Positions 1 to 9,815 of a DNA stretch of 64,000 bases are shown one piece after another (position 1 is the first letter of the stretch; each line of letters starts with the position of its first letter). This DNA comes from an uncultured Gammaproteobacteria bacterium (GTDB lineage Bacteria; Pseudomonadota; Gammaproteobacteria; UBA9214). Where the stretch lies: assembly GCA_963748215.1 (NCBI GenBank), contig CAVVHS010000006.1:672001-736000 (forward strand), given 5' to 3'. Below the pieces are notes generated by a model, which made no database searches, had not been told where the DNA came from, and worked only from the letters and a program-made list of their open reading frames with translations. A program made the position numbers and the translations under genes.

Positions 1-1019
1 TGATCGGTCCACAAGGCGCGATTCGGCAGACCGGTCAGATCATCGGCGGTAGCAAGCTGTTGCAGTTGCCTGCGCTCCGCCACCTGCTTGTGGATGTCCT
101 CCAGCACGCAATGCACGATTGCCGGGCGCCCCTGGCTGCCGGCAGCCGGGTACAGCGCTACCCTGTGCCAGTGTGCCTCGGTACCGGCCAGGGAAATGCG
201 CACCTCGACCTGGCGACTGCTGCCATTGACGGCATCCTGCCAGGCAGAGAGCAGCAGCTTTCCATCCTCGGCGTGTGTATCCGACAGGCACGGGAACGGG
301 CAATCCATGACACTGTCGTAGAGCACACGCAGGGGATAGCTTGCATAGCTGACGGTGTTTGTACGTACATCCACGCTCCACAGGAAATGCGGGATCCCGG
401 CCAGCAGGTCCTCAACACGTCCGAACCGGCCGGTTTCATGAACAAGCTCTCCTCGCAGTTCGTTGCCTGCACTGGTCCAGTACCCTTCGAGCGTCAATCC
501 CAGGTCGTGCAGCAGCATGCGAATAAGCAGGGACTCCAGGGCCTTGCGTTCCTCATCCGGCATGACCAGCGTGGGCAACAGGCCGCGCAGGTAATCAATG
601 AACAAATAATAGGCACCGATGACCCACGCCGGCTTGATGCGATGCTCCAGATGTACCCTGCCGTTCTCCAGCAGGGTGTCCACACGATCCCTGAGATCAG
701 CCGAGGCGATGGAGTTCAGCAGATTCTGCAGCTCGCTACGGGCGAACAGGCCGACATCGCCGCCAGCCCGTTCATGCGCATAAAGCACATCCGCTATGTC
801 GGGATTATCGAAAAGATAGTTGTAGAAATGTTCGGCAAAACCTGCAGCTGCCGCGACCAGCGTTGCATGATGGGCATGAAGCAGGCCGCGATCTTCGACT
901 GTAAGGCGAAACAGGTAATTGTAATCCTTTGCCAGCAGGTCGCGAGCAGCACGCTGATGCAGGCTTGCTGCATCCTGCACACCGGTTCTGCGCCCCCTCT
1001 CTTTCTTCTTCACAGACAT
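1..1019 (-). CDS. Globin-coupled sensor (protoglobin-like + PAS-like + start of GGDEF domain), runs off window edge
   Basis: Manual translation from ATG at 1019 (MSVKKKERG...) is open to position 1. It contains globin-like FAEHFYNYLFDNP and ENGRVHLEHRIKPAWVIGAY, a PAS-like segment (IPHFLWSVDV...HWHRVALYP...VLEDI) and the GGDEF-preceding motif ATADDLTGLPNR. Absent from the ORF track because there is no stop inside the window. Confidence 0.8.
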   Translation of the reverse strand, partial: MSVKKKERGRRTGVQDAASLHQRAARDLLAKDYNYLFRLTVEDRGLLHAHHATLVAAAAGFAEHFYNYLFDNPDIADVLYAHERAGGDVGLFARSELQNLLNSIASADLRDRVDTLLENGRVHLEHRIKPAWVIGAYYLFIDYLRGLLPTLVMPDEERKALESLLIRMLLHDLGLTLEGYWTSAGNELRGELVHETGRFGRVEDLLAGIPHFLWSVDVRTNTVSYASYPLRVLYDSVMDCPFPCLSDTHAEDGKLLLSAWQDAVNGSSRQVEVRISLAGTEAHWHRVALYPAAGSQGRPAIVHCVLEDIHKQVAERRQLQQLATADDLTGLPNRALWTD

Positions 1020-1324
1020 CGTGTGATTGCGGTTGGTGTTATTATCCGGATGGCATCAAGACAGCACTGCCATCGACCGTTCCGTACGCAGGCGCACATC
1101 CTCGTCCGTACCCGGCAATGGCGGCCGGCCGGCAACAGGCAATTCCAGATGATGCGCGTGCTGCTGGACTTGTTATTCCAACGATGTTTTTATTGTTTCA
1201 AGCGTGCCTGAATCTAGCACAGGGTCGCGTGCAAATAAAGTGCGCCCGCTTGGGCGGGCCGCTACCAACGTCAATTCAGTCGGCGCGACAGGTGTGTTGC
1301 GAGACAGACCGGCCTGCGCGGTCG

Positions 1325-2746
1325 TCAGGCCTGTCTCTGCATGCCGTACTTGCGCAGTTTTTCGACCAGCGTGGTCCTGCGCATACCCAGCCGCTTGGCT
1401 GCATGTGCAACCACACCGCCGGTATCGGCAAGCGCCTGCTTGATGTAACTGACCTCGAGGTGGCTGAGGTGTTCCTTGAGATTCATTCCATTACGTGGCA
1501 GTCGTGGATCGAGATCATCCGCCGTCAACTGCGATCCGACCAGCGCATCCAGGAGCTGTTCGGACGGCTCGCCATCGCTGTTGCGGAACTTTTCCGGCAG
1601 ATCGCCGGCATCGACGACACCGAACGGATGCAGAATGGCCAGTCGCTCGACAAGATTCGCCAATTCCCTGACATTGCCCGGCCAGCTGTATTGGCAAAGC
1701 GCGTAGATCGCACCCGGCGACAGCCTGACCGAGCCGCGATTCTCGTACTCGATACGCCGCACCAGCTCGTTCACGAGCAGTGGAATGTCCTCCACCCGTG
1801 CCGACAGTGACGGCATCTCGATGGGAAACACATTCAGGCGATAGAAAAGGTCTTCGCGAAACTCGCCTTTGACAATCGCCTCTTCCAGATTCTTGTGAGT
1901 GGCGGCAATGATGCGTACATCGGACGTCAGCGAATGATTGGAACCTACGCGTTCGAAGGTGCGTTCCTGCAGCACGCGCAGGATCTTGACCTGCATCTGC
2001 AGGGTCATGTCGCCGATCTCGTCCAGAAACAGCGTGCCACCCTCGGCCATTTCAAAGCGACCCTGACGGTCGTTGATAGCACCGGTAAATGCGCCTTTCT
2101 GATGACCGAACAGTTCGGATTCCAGCAAGTCACCGGGAATAGCGCCGCAGTTGACCGGCACGAACGGCTTGTCACGCCGCGAGGAATAATAGTGAAGATT
2201 CCTGGCAACCACTTCCTTGCCGGTGCCGGACTCTCCCAGTATCAGGACGTTCGCATCGCTGTCGGCCACCTGCTCGATCAGCTTGCGCACATGCTGGATC
2301 GCCCGGCTGCTGCCAACGAGACTGCGGAACAGATCCACCGGACGCTGGCTGGAACCGGACGTGCGCTGTGAGTCAGCGAACACCTCAGCCTGGTGCAGCG
2401 CGCTGGTCAGCTGGGCATAATTCACCGGCAACTCGAGCCGGCCGAGAATGCAGGATCCCGTGTCGATGGTGACCGTGGGTTCCCTGCCCTTTCTTGACAG
2501 CAGATAGATAGGCAGGTGTTCGTCGTACTGGTGGATCTCGCCCAGCAGGCTGGAGAGCATCTGGTCGGAGCCGCAGGAACCTACCAGCACGGCGAGGATA
2601 TTCTCCTCGTCACCGGCGACCGATTGCCAGTCCGCGCAACTGGTCACCTGTAGCGGCGTGTAATTGATGAATTTCAGGACGGCTTGCAGCTCATTGCCGA
2701 TAGCTTCATCAGCATCAATAACAAGTACCTTGGGTTCTGTATGCAT
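1325..2746 (-). CDS. fleQ: Sigma54-dependent transcriptional regulator FleQ/FlrA
   Basis: Degenerate receiver-like N-terminus, LFRSLVG, Walker [23 protein letters not shown]-terminal HTH ([22 protein letters not shown]). Confidence 0.88.
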   Translation of the reverse strand: MHTEPKVLVIDADEAIGNELQAVLKFINYTPLQVTSCADWQSVAGDEENILAVLVGSCGSDQMLSSLLGEIHQYDEHLPIYLLSRKGREPTVTIDTGSCILGRLELPVNYAQLTSALHQAEVFADSQRTSGSSQRPVDLFRSLVGSSRAIQHVRKLIEQVADSDANVLILGESGTGKEVVARNLHYYSSRRDKPFVPVNCGAIPGDLLESELFGHQKGAFTGAINDRQGRFEMAEGGTLFLDEIGDMTLQMQVKILRVLQERTFERVGSNHSLTSDVRIIAATHKNLEEAIVKGEFREDLFYRLNVFPIEMPSLSARVEDIPLLVNELVRRIEYENRGSVRLSPGAIYALCQYSWPGNVRELANLVERLAILHPFGVVDAGDLPEKFRNSDGEPSEQLLDALVGSQLTADDLDPRLPRNGMNLKEHLSHLEVSYIKQALADTGGVVAHAAKRLGMRRTTLVEKLRKYGMQRQA

Positions 2747-3234
2747 TCGATTTCCCGCTCGAATATCGTTATCGGCAGGGGATTATTATAAAAACCCGAG
2801 CATTATTAAAGTTATTTTTTCCCCCCTTCATATCATGTGGATGTTAACCATGGAAGCAAGGCATGTCAAAGCAATGTCGGGCGCATCGTATACGCGCCGC
2901 AGGAAACGCCTGAACTATCTGCACACGACTGATTTCATCCATGTTTTTTCTGTGAATCAGCGAATCGCACAGCGCCCGCGTAGCGGGTGCCGGCGCCCTG
3001 CCCCGGCGATAGGTCCTCCCGCCTGCGAATACCCCGCAACGGGGGCTTGCCCGTCGACTGGCTGCCGCGAGCGCTGGCGTTGCGTCGCGGAGACGGCAAT
3101 CATCCGCTTTGTGCGCGATGCCGCAAAAACCGCCTCAATTCGGGCAACTCCACGGACGATAGTCCTATTGAGTCAGGCAGCTCGTCCTGGCGCGGAACTG
3201 GAATACCGACAACAATATTTTGGATTAACCTTAA

Positions 3235-3402
3235 ATGATGCCAGATCAGCACTCCGTCACACCCGATATCGACGTCCGGCGCGTCCAGCTCCTGCGCACC
3301 CGGATCGAGGATGAAGCCTATACCGTTAACCCGCGGCAAATTGCAGACAAGATCATCGACCTGGAAGCTGCACTGTTTCGCCGCCGCACGCATCCCTCGT
3401 AA
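3235..3402 (+). CDS. flgM: Small FlgM-like anti-sigma28 protein (55 aa, C-terminal domain only)
   Basis: MMPDQHSVTPDIDVRRVQLLRTRIEDEAYTVNPRQIADKIIDLEAALF... resembles the FlgM pattern ID..RV..LR..I....Y.V....IADK. It is divergent from fleQ and below the ORF-track size cutoff. Confidence 0.6.
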   Translation: MMPDQHSVTPDIDVRRVQLLRTRIEDEAYTVNPRQIADKIIDLEAALFRRRTHPS

Positions 3403-3483
3403 CACGCCGCCACACCCGGCAAGCAGCCACCGCACCAGGGGAAGGCAGGTGCAACAACGCCCGCAGACGCGGGCGTTGTCGTT

Positions 3484-3560
3484 TGGTGCCCCGGAGACGA
3501 CTCGAACGTCCGACCTGGCGCTTAGGAGGCGCCTGCTCTATCCAGCTGAGCTACCGGGGC
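3484..3560 (-). tRNA. tRNA-Arg (anticodon CCT)
   Basis: Reverse complement GCCCCGGTAGCTCAGCTGGATAGAGCAGGCGCCTCCTAAGCGCCAGGTCGGACGTTCGAGTCGTCTCCGGGGCACCA folds as a cloverleaf with encoded CCA. Confidence 0.95.
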
Positions 3561-3579
3561 GTGGGTGATGTCCTGAAAG

Positions 3580-3655
3580 TGGTGGAGCCGAGGAGGATCG
3601 AACTCCCGACCTCTTCATTGCGAACGAAGCGCTCTCCCAGCTGAGCTACGGCCCC
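3580..3655 (-). tRNA. tRNA-Ala (anticodon CGC)
   Basis: Reverse complement GGGGCCGTAGCTCAGCTGGGAGAGCGCTTCGTTCGCAATGAAGAGGTCGGGAGTTCGATCCTCCTCGGCTCCACCA; G3:U70 pair, encoded CCA. Confidence 0.95.
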
Positions 3656-3801
3656 TCTGAATAATCTGGTGTCCGGTTATGAATCTACAGCAGCCGTCAC
3701 GCCCGGTGGTCCATTCTAGCACTGGTGCAGGGGCGGCTGCCAACGCTGCACATTCACCCGGCCCGCCGGCAAGTACCTGCCCCGGGGAGCCGTCAGCCGG
3801 G

Positions 3802-6009
3802 CTAGACCTTGCGCCGTGCGCTGATGACGTTGGGCAACTGGCTGATTTTGGTCAGTACCCGGCTGAGCTGGCTGATATCCCTGATTTCCAGGGTCAACAT
3901 CATGCGCGCGATGCCGTCATGTTCATCGGTCGACGTATTGGCACCGCTCAGGTTGATTTTCTCGTTGGACAGCAGCGCGGTGATGTCGCGCAGCAGGCCG
4001 GACCGGTCATACGCCTCGACCATGATATCGACCTGGTAGGCACGATCCGCTGACAGACCCCAGTCAACCTCGATCAGTCGTGCGCGATCATCGCCCTGCA
4101 AGCGCAGGATGTTGCCGCAATCCTGCCGGTGCACGGTCACACCACGACCGCGCGTGATATAGCCGACGACGGGATCGCTGGGTACCGGCCGGCAACAGCG
4201 CGCCATCGTGGTGAGCAGGTTACCCACACCCTGAATACTGATGCCTTCGTCGAGATTGTCATCCGTTCGCCTGGCGGCGCGCTGACTGCGTGGTCGCAGC
4301 ATTTCGCCCTGCGGCACCAGATCGTTGACGGCATTGGCCAGCTGGGCGGTGGAAACATCCCCGCTGCCGAACGCTGCGAGCATATCATCGGCCTTGCGAA
4401 AACCGAGTCGCTCGGCGATCCGGTCAACCGGCAGGCTGGACACGCCCAGCCGGTGCAGTTCGCGATCGAGGATGCCACGGCCGCCGCTGATGTTGTGTTC
4501 GTAGTCCTGGTGCTTGAACCAGGCGCGCACGCGCGATTTCGCGCGCGAAGTCACCAGGTAACCCTGATGTGTGTTCAGCCAGTCCCGGCTGGGCTTCCCC
4601 TGCCGCGTCGTGAGCACCTCGACCTGTTCACCGTTCCTGAGCTGGTAGGTCAGCGGTACGATGCGGCCGTTCACCTTGGCGCCCCGGCATCGATGACCGA
4701 TTTCGGTATGTACCGCATAGGCGAAATCGAGCGGCGTCGCGCCCTGCGGGAGATCGATAATCCTGCCCTGCGGTGTCAGCACATAGACCCGCTCCTGAAA
4801 GGCCTCGGACTTGAAACGGTCAACGAAATCGTGCGCGCTGTGCTCCTCGTCCTTCCACTCCAGCAACTGGCGCAGCCAGGCGATTTTTTCCTCGTAGCCG
4901 GCGTCGAATCCGCTGCCTTCCTTGTAGCGCCAGTGTGCCGCGACACCCAGCTCGGCATGCCGGTGCATGTCATAGGTCCGGATCTGCACTTCGAGGGTAC
5001 GGCCTTCCGGACCCACCACCGCGGTATGCAGTGACCGGTAGAGGTTCTCCTTGGGATTGGCGATGTAGTCATCGAACTCTCTGGGTATGTGACGCCAAAG
5101 GCCGTGCACGACTCCCAGCGCCGCGTAGCAGTCCTTTTCCTCATCGACCAGGATACGCACCGCCCGCATATCGAAAACCTGGTCGAAATCGATGTGCTTG
5201 CGCTGCATCTTGCGCCAGATGCTGTTGATATGTTTGGGACGGCCGGAGACCGTCGCCTTGATCCCCGCCTTTGCCAGCTCGGTACCCAGGGTATCGATCA
5301 CGCGCTGGATATAGCCTTCCCGGTCTGCGCGCTTCTCGGCCAGCTGCTTTGCCAGCGATTGATAGGCTTCCGGTTCGAGGTAGCGTAATGCCAGGTCCTC
5401 GAGCTCCCACTTGATTTGCCAGATACCCAGGCGATTCGCCAGTGGTGCATAGATCTCGCGGGTTTCGTGCGCGATCCGTTGCTGACGCGCACTGTCCAGA
5501 TGCTGCAGTGTACGCATGTTGTGCAGGCGGTCGGCGAGCTTGATCAGCACGACGCGCACATCGTCGGCCATCGCGAGCAACAGCTTGCGCAGGCTCTCGG
5601 CCTGTTGCTGCTGCTTGCTGTCGGACGAGATCGACTGCTGGAAATCACCGATCCGTTCCATCTTGGTGACGCCGTCGACCAGTTTCCCGATGACCGCACC
5701 GAAATCCCTGCCGATGTCGTCCAGGGTAATGTCGGTGTCCTCGACGACGTCGTGCAGGATCGCGGCTGCCAGCGTCTCGTAATCGAGGTTCAGGCCGTCG
5801 AGGATCTCGGCAACCGACAGCGAGTGCTGGTAGTAAGGTTCGCCGGAAACCCGTTGCTGCCCGTGATGGGCGTCGCGCGCCAGCTGTGCGGCCCTGGCGA
5901 GCACCTGCTGCTGCGGCCCGGGGCGATCCGCCAGCAACACGTCCAGTCGCTGCTGGAACTGCATGGCCTCAGCATGCCCGGGAGATTGATTCTGCACCTG
6001 TTCTGTCAT
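3802..6009 (-). CDS. relA: (p)ppGpp synthetase, long RSH (HD-SYNTH-TGS-ZFD-ACT)
   Basis: RPKHINSIWRKMQRK, EFDDYIANPK, SLHT, HAELGVAAHWRYKE, TGS (DFAYAVHTEIG), CCRPVP, ACT (DRSGLLRDIT). Start placed at MTEQVQ; the longer track ORF overlaps the upstream gene. Confidence 0.92.
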   Translation of the reverse strand: MTEQVQNQSPGHAEAMQFQQRLDVLLADRPGPQQQVLARAAQLARDAHHGQQRVSGEPYYQHSLSVAEILDGLNLDYETLAAAILHDVVEDTDITLDDIGRDFGAVIGKLVDGVTKMERIGDFQQSISSDSKQQQQAESLRKLLLAMADDVRVVLIKLADRLHNMRTLQHLDSARQQRIAHETREIYAPLANRLGIWQIKWELEDLALRYLEPEAYQSLAKQLAEKRADREGYIQRVIDTLGTELAKAGIKATVSGRPKHINSIWRKMQRKHIDFDQVFDMRAVRILVDEEKDCYAALGVVHGLWRHIPREFDDYIANPKENLYRSLHTAVVGPEGRTLEVQIRTYDMHRHAELGVAAHWRYKEGSGFDAGYEEKIAWLRQLLEWKDEEHSAHDFVDRFKSEAFQERVYVLTPQGRIIDLPQGATPLDFAYAVHTEIGHRCRGAKVNGRIVPLTYQLRNGEQVEVLTTRQGKPSRDWLNTHQGYLVTSRAKSRVRAWFKHQDYEHNISGGRGILDRELHRLGVSSLPVDRIAERLGFRKADDMLAAFGSGDVSTAQLANAVNDLVPQGEMLRPRSQRAARRTDDNLDEGISIQGVGNLLTTMARCCRPVPSDPVVGYITRGRGVTVHRQDCGNILRLQGDDRARLIEVDWGLSADRAYQVDIMVEAYDRSGLLRDITALLSNEKINLSGANTSTDEHDGIARMMLTLEIRDISQLSRVLTKISQLPNVISARRKV

Positions 6010-6248
6010 GGGTGTTGTATTGCCAGCCGCCTCACACACAATGGATCGACGGCTTTCTGGCGTGATACGCGCCGGATCCGTAACGGCACGGCAATGCCGG
6101 CCCTTACAAAGGATATCCATAAGTATATGATTATTCAATATGTTTACAACAGGAAACCTGTTGACAGAACAATCCGGCAAGAAAAAAGGCTGCCCCTTGG
6201 CAGCCTGTATGGATGTTACCGCACCTGCCCGGGCGTGTTGACCGGCCG

Positions 6249-7796
6249 TCAGCGTTGCGCCGATCCGCGTGGGTCGGGTGACGCCTGCGGCGGGGTGGCC
6301 TTGCCGGATTCGACAACCGACAGCGACGCAACCGTGCCGGGCGGCACTGCCGCCACCTTGCCGGACGGGTCGGTGAACGCATCGTTCAGCGTCTGTACAT
6401 AGCGGTTGGCATCGGCGACGACGCGGTGCAGACGCTTGCGGCTGCCCTGCCCCCAACCGACCGGATGCTTCATGAATATACTCAGCCAGGGCCTGGTGTT
6501 GAACAGGAAGGCCCGCGTCAGGCGATTGCGGTAGAGTCCCGGGGCAACCTGCCTCGCGATCTGCTTTACGACATGACCGGCCGCAAGCTTGCGCACCTTG
6601 AAGTGCAACCAGGCAAACACACCGATAAACACCGCGATGAACACCACCATGCCAACCGAATTCGCGGTGGAGCCATGCCACCATTGCGGCCAGGCCCAGC
6701 GCCAGCCGTCACGGAAGCCCAGCACACCTGACATCAGCGTGATCGCGACCATTAGCAGGATTCCCAGTGCGACGTCACCCCACAGCGTCAACTTGCGCCA
6801 CCGTGACTTGTACACCGCCACCTGGGGGACCACCTTTTCCTCGATTTGATGGGCCAGTTTCTCCAGCGCACCGGTGATCCGGTAGGCACGCTCGACATTG
6901 ACACCCTCGATCCGCCGGTAGATTTCCGCAAGGTCGTGATCGCGTTTTGACTCGTAGCGATGGCGCAGCGCCTCGTTTTCAATGGTCACTGCGGCTTCCG
7001 GATTGTAGATACAGTAAAACCGGCCTGCTGAAAGCCCTTCCTGTGCCAGTGCGCGTTGCCAGGCCCCGACCACCTCCTCGGGGTTGTCATCCCGGGCCGT
7101 GGTGTCCATCTGGTTGAGAATGAACAGGAACTTGGTGGCATCGGGGCGGTGAATGGTCTGACCGACCAGATGCGTCAGTGTATCGCGCATCGCGCCGGGC
7201 TCCGGATGCCGGGCATCGAAAAACACCAGCACGAGATCGGACAGGTCGATGATGTGATCGGTCAGGCGCAGGGTTGCGTTGCGTTGCGAGTCCGCGTCGA
7301 AGCCGGGTGAATCAATGATAATGCGGCCGCGCAGTTTTTCGCTGGCGCTGGTTTTCAATTGCAGGTAGGTATCCACGCGGCGTCCTTCGCCACGTGCCAC
7401 GTGCTCGATTTCCTTGCTGATCTGGTAAAACGGGAAGCGCGGATCTGCATCCAGTGCCGTTCCGGGTATGGCCTGTGCGTGACGCTCGCTGCCGTAGCAA
7501 ATAACGGTGAACTTGTCGTCGACGGCCTGATTGCCGGTATTCTGCAACGACTCACCGAGGTAATGGTTGATGAAGGTCGACTTGCCTGCCGAGAACGTAC
7601 CAAGAACGGAAATCATCGGCCACCAGGAAATCTGCGTGGCGAACGACTGCTCGGTGCCGAGCAGGCCAAGCGCGCGGCCAACCCGGTCCAGCTGCTGATA
7701 ACTCTGTACCGATGCCACCAGCACCGGATTTTCCTTGGTCAGATGCTCTTCCAGACTCCTGAGCCGCTGTTTGATGGTTTTCCCCGCACTGGACAT
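6249..7796 (-). CDS. Dynamin-like/EHD-like GTPase with two C-terminal transmembrane segments
   Basis: G1 GTFSAGKST, T-containing G2 region (AVDDKFT), G3 DSPGF, G4-like NQMD; two hydrophobic helices near the C-terminus. Confidence 0.8.
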   Translation of the reverse strand: MSSAGKTIKQRLRSLEEHLTKENPVLVASVQSYQQLDRVGRALGLLGTEQSFATQISWWPMISVLGTFSAGKSTFINHYLGESLQNTGNQAVDDKFTVICYGSERHAQAIPGTALDADPRFPFYQISKEIEHVARGEGRRVDTYLQLKTSASEKLRGRIIIDSPGFDADSQRNATLRLTDHIIDLSDLVLVFFDARHPEPGAMRDTLTHLVGQTIHRPDATKFLFILNQMDTTARDDNPEEVVGAWQRALAQEGLSAGRFYCIYNPEAAVTIENEALRHRYESKRDHDLAEIYRRIEGVNVERAYRITGALEKLAHQIEEKVVPQVAVYKSRWRKLTLWGDVALGILLMVAITLMSGVLGFRDGWRWAWPQWWHGSTANSVGMVVFIAVFIGVFAWLHFKVRKLAAGHVVKQIARQVAPGLYRNRLTRAFLFNTRPWLSIFMKHPVGWGQGSRKRLHRVVADANRYVQTLNDAFTDPSGKVAAVPPGTVASLSVVESGKATPPQASPDPRGSAQR

Positions 7797-7823
7797 GGTT
7801 GCCTTCCTTAACTGCAGGTTGTT

Positions 7824-8150
7824 TTAACCCCGGCCGCTGTTCAAGGCCGCTTGCGGCACCTGATTCTCAAGCCGCTGCGCCATCCGTTCCTGCTGGTACG
7901 GGAAGTTGCCACTGACCATCATCATCGGTCCGGTGGTATCGTGCATGGTATGGTTCATGCACCCCGTATCGTTTCTTATGTGGTACATGGGAATCGTCAT
8001 GCCACCGACCCATTGGTTGATGTTCTCCAGCCTGACCGGCAAATGACCCATGTCCCGCGACCCGAAACCGGCATCCGTGGCAATCATGGACTCGCCGGAC
8101 AAGCCTCATCAACACGTTGCCCCGGGATATCCGGGTTTCCTAACCTTCAT
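7824..8150 (-). pseudogene. Possible remnant of a Met-rich small protein gene
   Basis: ATG at 8150 (MKVRKPGYPGATC) is followed by in-frame TGA TGA, then the same frame continues as the Met-rich 7824..8102 ORF; it fills the gap in a co-oriented gene run. Confidence 0.3.
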
Positions 8151-8178
8151 GTTATGGACATTCGTCCGGAAATGCCGT

Positions 8179-8787
8179 TCAGAACTCGCCGTTCGCGCCA
8201 CGGTTCATGATATCGAGAATGATGTCCTTGACCTGATTCGCTTCTTCGAAGAGTTCCGGCGGAAGTTCCTTGCCACCGTGGATCATCATGTCCATGTTGA
8301 GCGTATAGATCCAGAATTTGCCTTCCTTGTCCTCTACCAGTGAAACACGGCATGGCAGGTAAGCAGAAAACGCATCCGAGTATTCGATCATCTTGGCCGC
8401 GGTCAGCGGATTGCAGAACATGTAGATTTTCCAGAAACGCTGCGGCTCACCGGTCATGGTTGCAACCTGCTCCGAGAGAGGCAGCTCGCCGACGTTCTTG
8501 ATGTTGTGCTCGTTGGCAACGAAACGCATGGTCTGTTCGACATCTTCCACGCTCAGTCCATCAGCCACGGGGATCTTCCAGACGGTCGCCTCTGCTGCAT
8601 TACCGCTTTCGAGCAGGTTCTTCGTCATGGTCAGGTACACTTCCGGCGCCTTGTCATCGAAATCGGAAAAGTTGCCGATTTGCTTCAGACCCTGTATTCC
8701 GAAACTGTCACTCATGGCAAGCCATACGACACCGGCAACAAGTGCAAGCCCGGCCAGCGCAAGAAGATTCCAGATTAGTCTGATCAT
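8179..8787 (-). CDS. DUF302 domain protein with N-terminal membrane anchor
   Basis: IYMFCNPLTA and AYLPCRVSLVED motifs typical of DUF302; hydrophobic N-terminus. Confidence 0.82.
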   Translation of the reverse strand: MIRLIWNLLALAGLALVAGVVWLAMSDSFGIQGLKQIGNFSDFDDKAPEVYLTMTKNLLESGNAAEATVWKIPVADGLSVEDVEQTMRFVANEHNIKNVGELPLSEQVATMTGEPQRFWKIYMFCNPLTAAKMIEYSDAFSAYLPCRVSLVEDKEGKFWIYTLNMDMMIHGGKELPPELFEEANQVKDIILDIMNRGANGEF

Positions 8788-8817
8788 GTTTTTCTCCGGG
8801 TTTTGTATTGGTCAATG

Positions 8818-9795
8818 TCAGGGAGTAGCGGATTCCGCTGCATTGATCTGTTGTTCCAGATCTCCGGCCTGCTCCCCGTTCAGGCCGCGAATCACCTCGA
8901 CCAGCTGACGCGCCCTGTCATACATCCCCTGCGCTGCCAGCCGCGTCCCGGCCTCGTAATACGAGGCGGATGCCTTGTCCCAGTCACCCTGCGAAAAATA
9001 CATGTTGCCGAGTTCGCCATAACCATCCGGATTGCCGGGCTCCAGGGCGATAAGCTCCTGGTATTTCTGTTCGGCAGCCGCGTAGTCCCTGAGCCAGTAG
9101 GCCTCGCGCGCCGCTGCGAGAACCCGGTACGGCGTGACGGCAGGCGTTTTACGCGCAGGGACGGGGGGCGGCGGCACGTCGGGCTCGACAGGGCCTGCGC
9201 CGCCCGCGTCGTCTGGCAAGGGTGTCGCCACCGTTGCTGCAACAGCCGGCTCGGGTGCTGCAGCGTCGATTGCGGCCCTGGCGGCCGGTTCCGGGGCCAC
9301 AATGCCTGTCTCGTCAACCGCCGGCTGCTGTGGAATTTGCTGCGGTTCGGCAACCGGTGGAACGGGTGCTTGCGCTGCCTGCTGTGCAGTGGCCGCGCCC
9401 GCGGCTGCAGTCTCGTCGACCATTTCCGTCACCGCTTGCCCTGCGGCACCAGCATCCTCCGCCGGCATATTCGCTGCAGGTTCGGCGGACGACGGCAGTT
9501 CCGCCGTGCTGCTGTCGCTTGATGCGTAGGGCATGAATTCCGGTTCCGGTTCCGGTGTCGCAGATTCATCAGCAGTGACATCACTGCCAGCCGGCTGTGC
9601 CGGCACTGAGATCGCAGCCTTGCCGCTGTCTGCCTCCCGGCTTCCGGCGCTTTCGCCCGGCTTGTGCCCAAGCGACAGAAAATCCGGCAAATCATATTCC
9701 GAAAACAGTTCACCCCGGTAGATCAGCCCGATTGCCAGTAGCGCGACCACGACCAGCGCAAATCCATGGCTCAGGATACGTGCGAAGAGATTCAT
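8818..9795 (-). CDS. Membrane-anchored protein with Pro/Ala-rich linker and C-terminal TPR
   Basis: N-terminal TM helix; low-complexity linker; TPR-like YQELIALEPGNPDGYGELGNMYFSQGDWDKA. Confidence 0.78.
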   Translation of the reverse strand: MNLFARILSHGFALVVVALLAIGLIYRGELFSEYDLPDFLSLGHKPGESAGSREADSGKAAISVPAQPAGSDVTADESATPEPEPEFMPYASSDSSTAELPSSAEPAANMPAEDAGAAGQAVTEMVDETAAAGAATAQQAAQAPVPPVAEPQQIPQQPAVDETGIVAPEPAARAAIDAAAPEPAVAATVATPLPDDAGGAGPVEPDVPPPPVPARKTPAVTPYRVLAAAREAYWLRDYAAAEQKYQELIALEPGNPDGYGELGNMYFSQGDWDKASASYYEAGTRLAAQGMYDRARQLVEVIRGLNGEQAGDLEQQINAAESATP

Positions 9796-9815
9796 TACCT
9801 TGCTCCTACTTCCGG

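Noticed and set aside
60-1211. 383-aa plus-strand ORF
   Set aside because: Antisense shadow of the globin-PAS-GGDEF gene; no recognisable motifs
2769-2776. GCCGATAA sigma28 -10 box upstream of fleQ
   Set aside because: No TAAA -35 element at the right spacing
3484-3655. tRNAs as island integration sites
   Set aside because: No integrase and no duplicated tRNA 3' end noticed in the window
6010-6684. N-terminal extension of relA in the ORF track
   Set aside because: Overlaps the dynamin-like gene and has no RSH similarity
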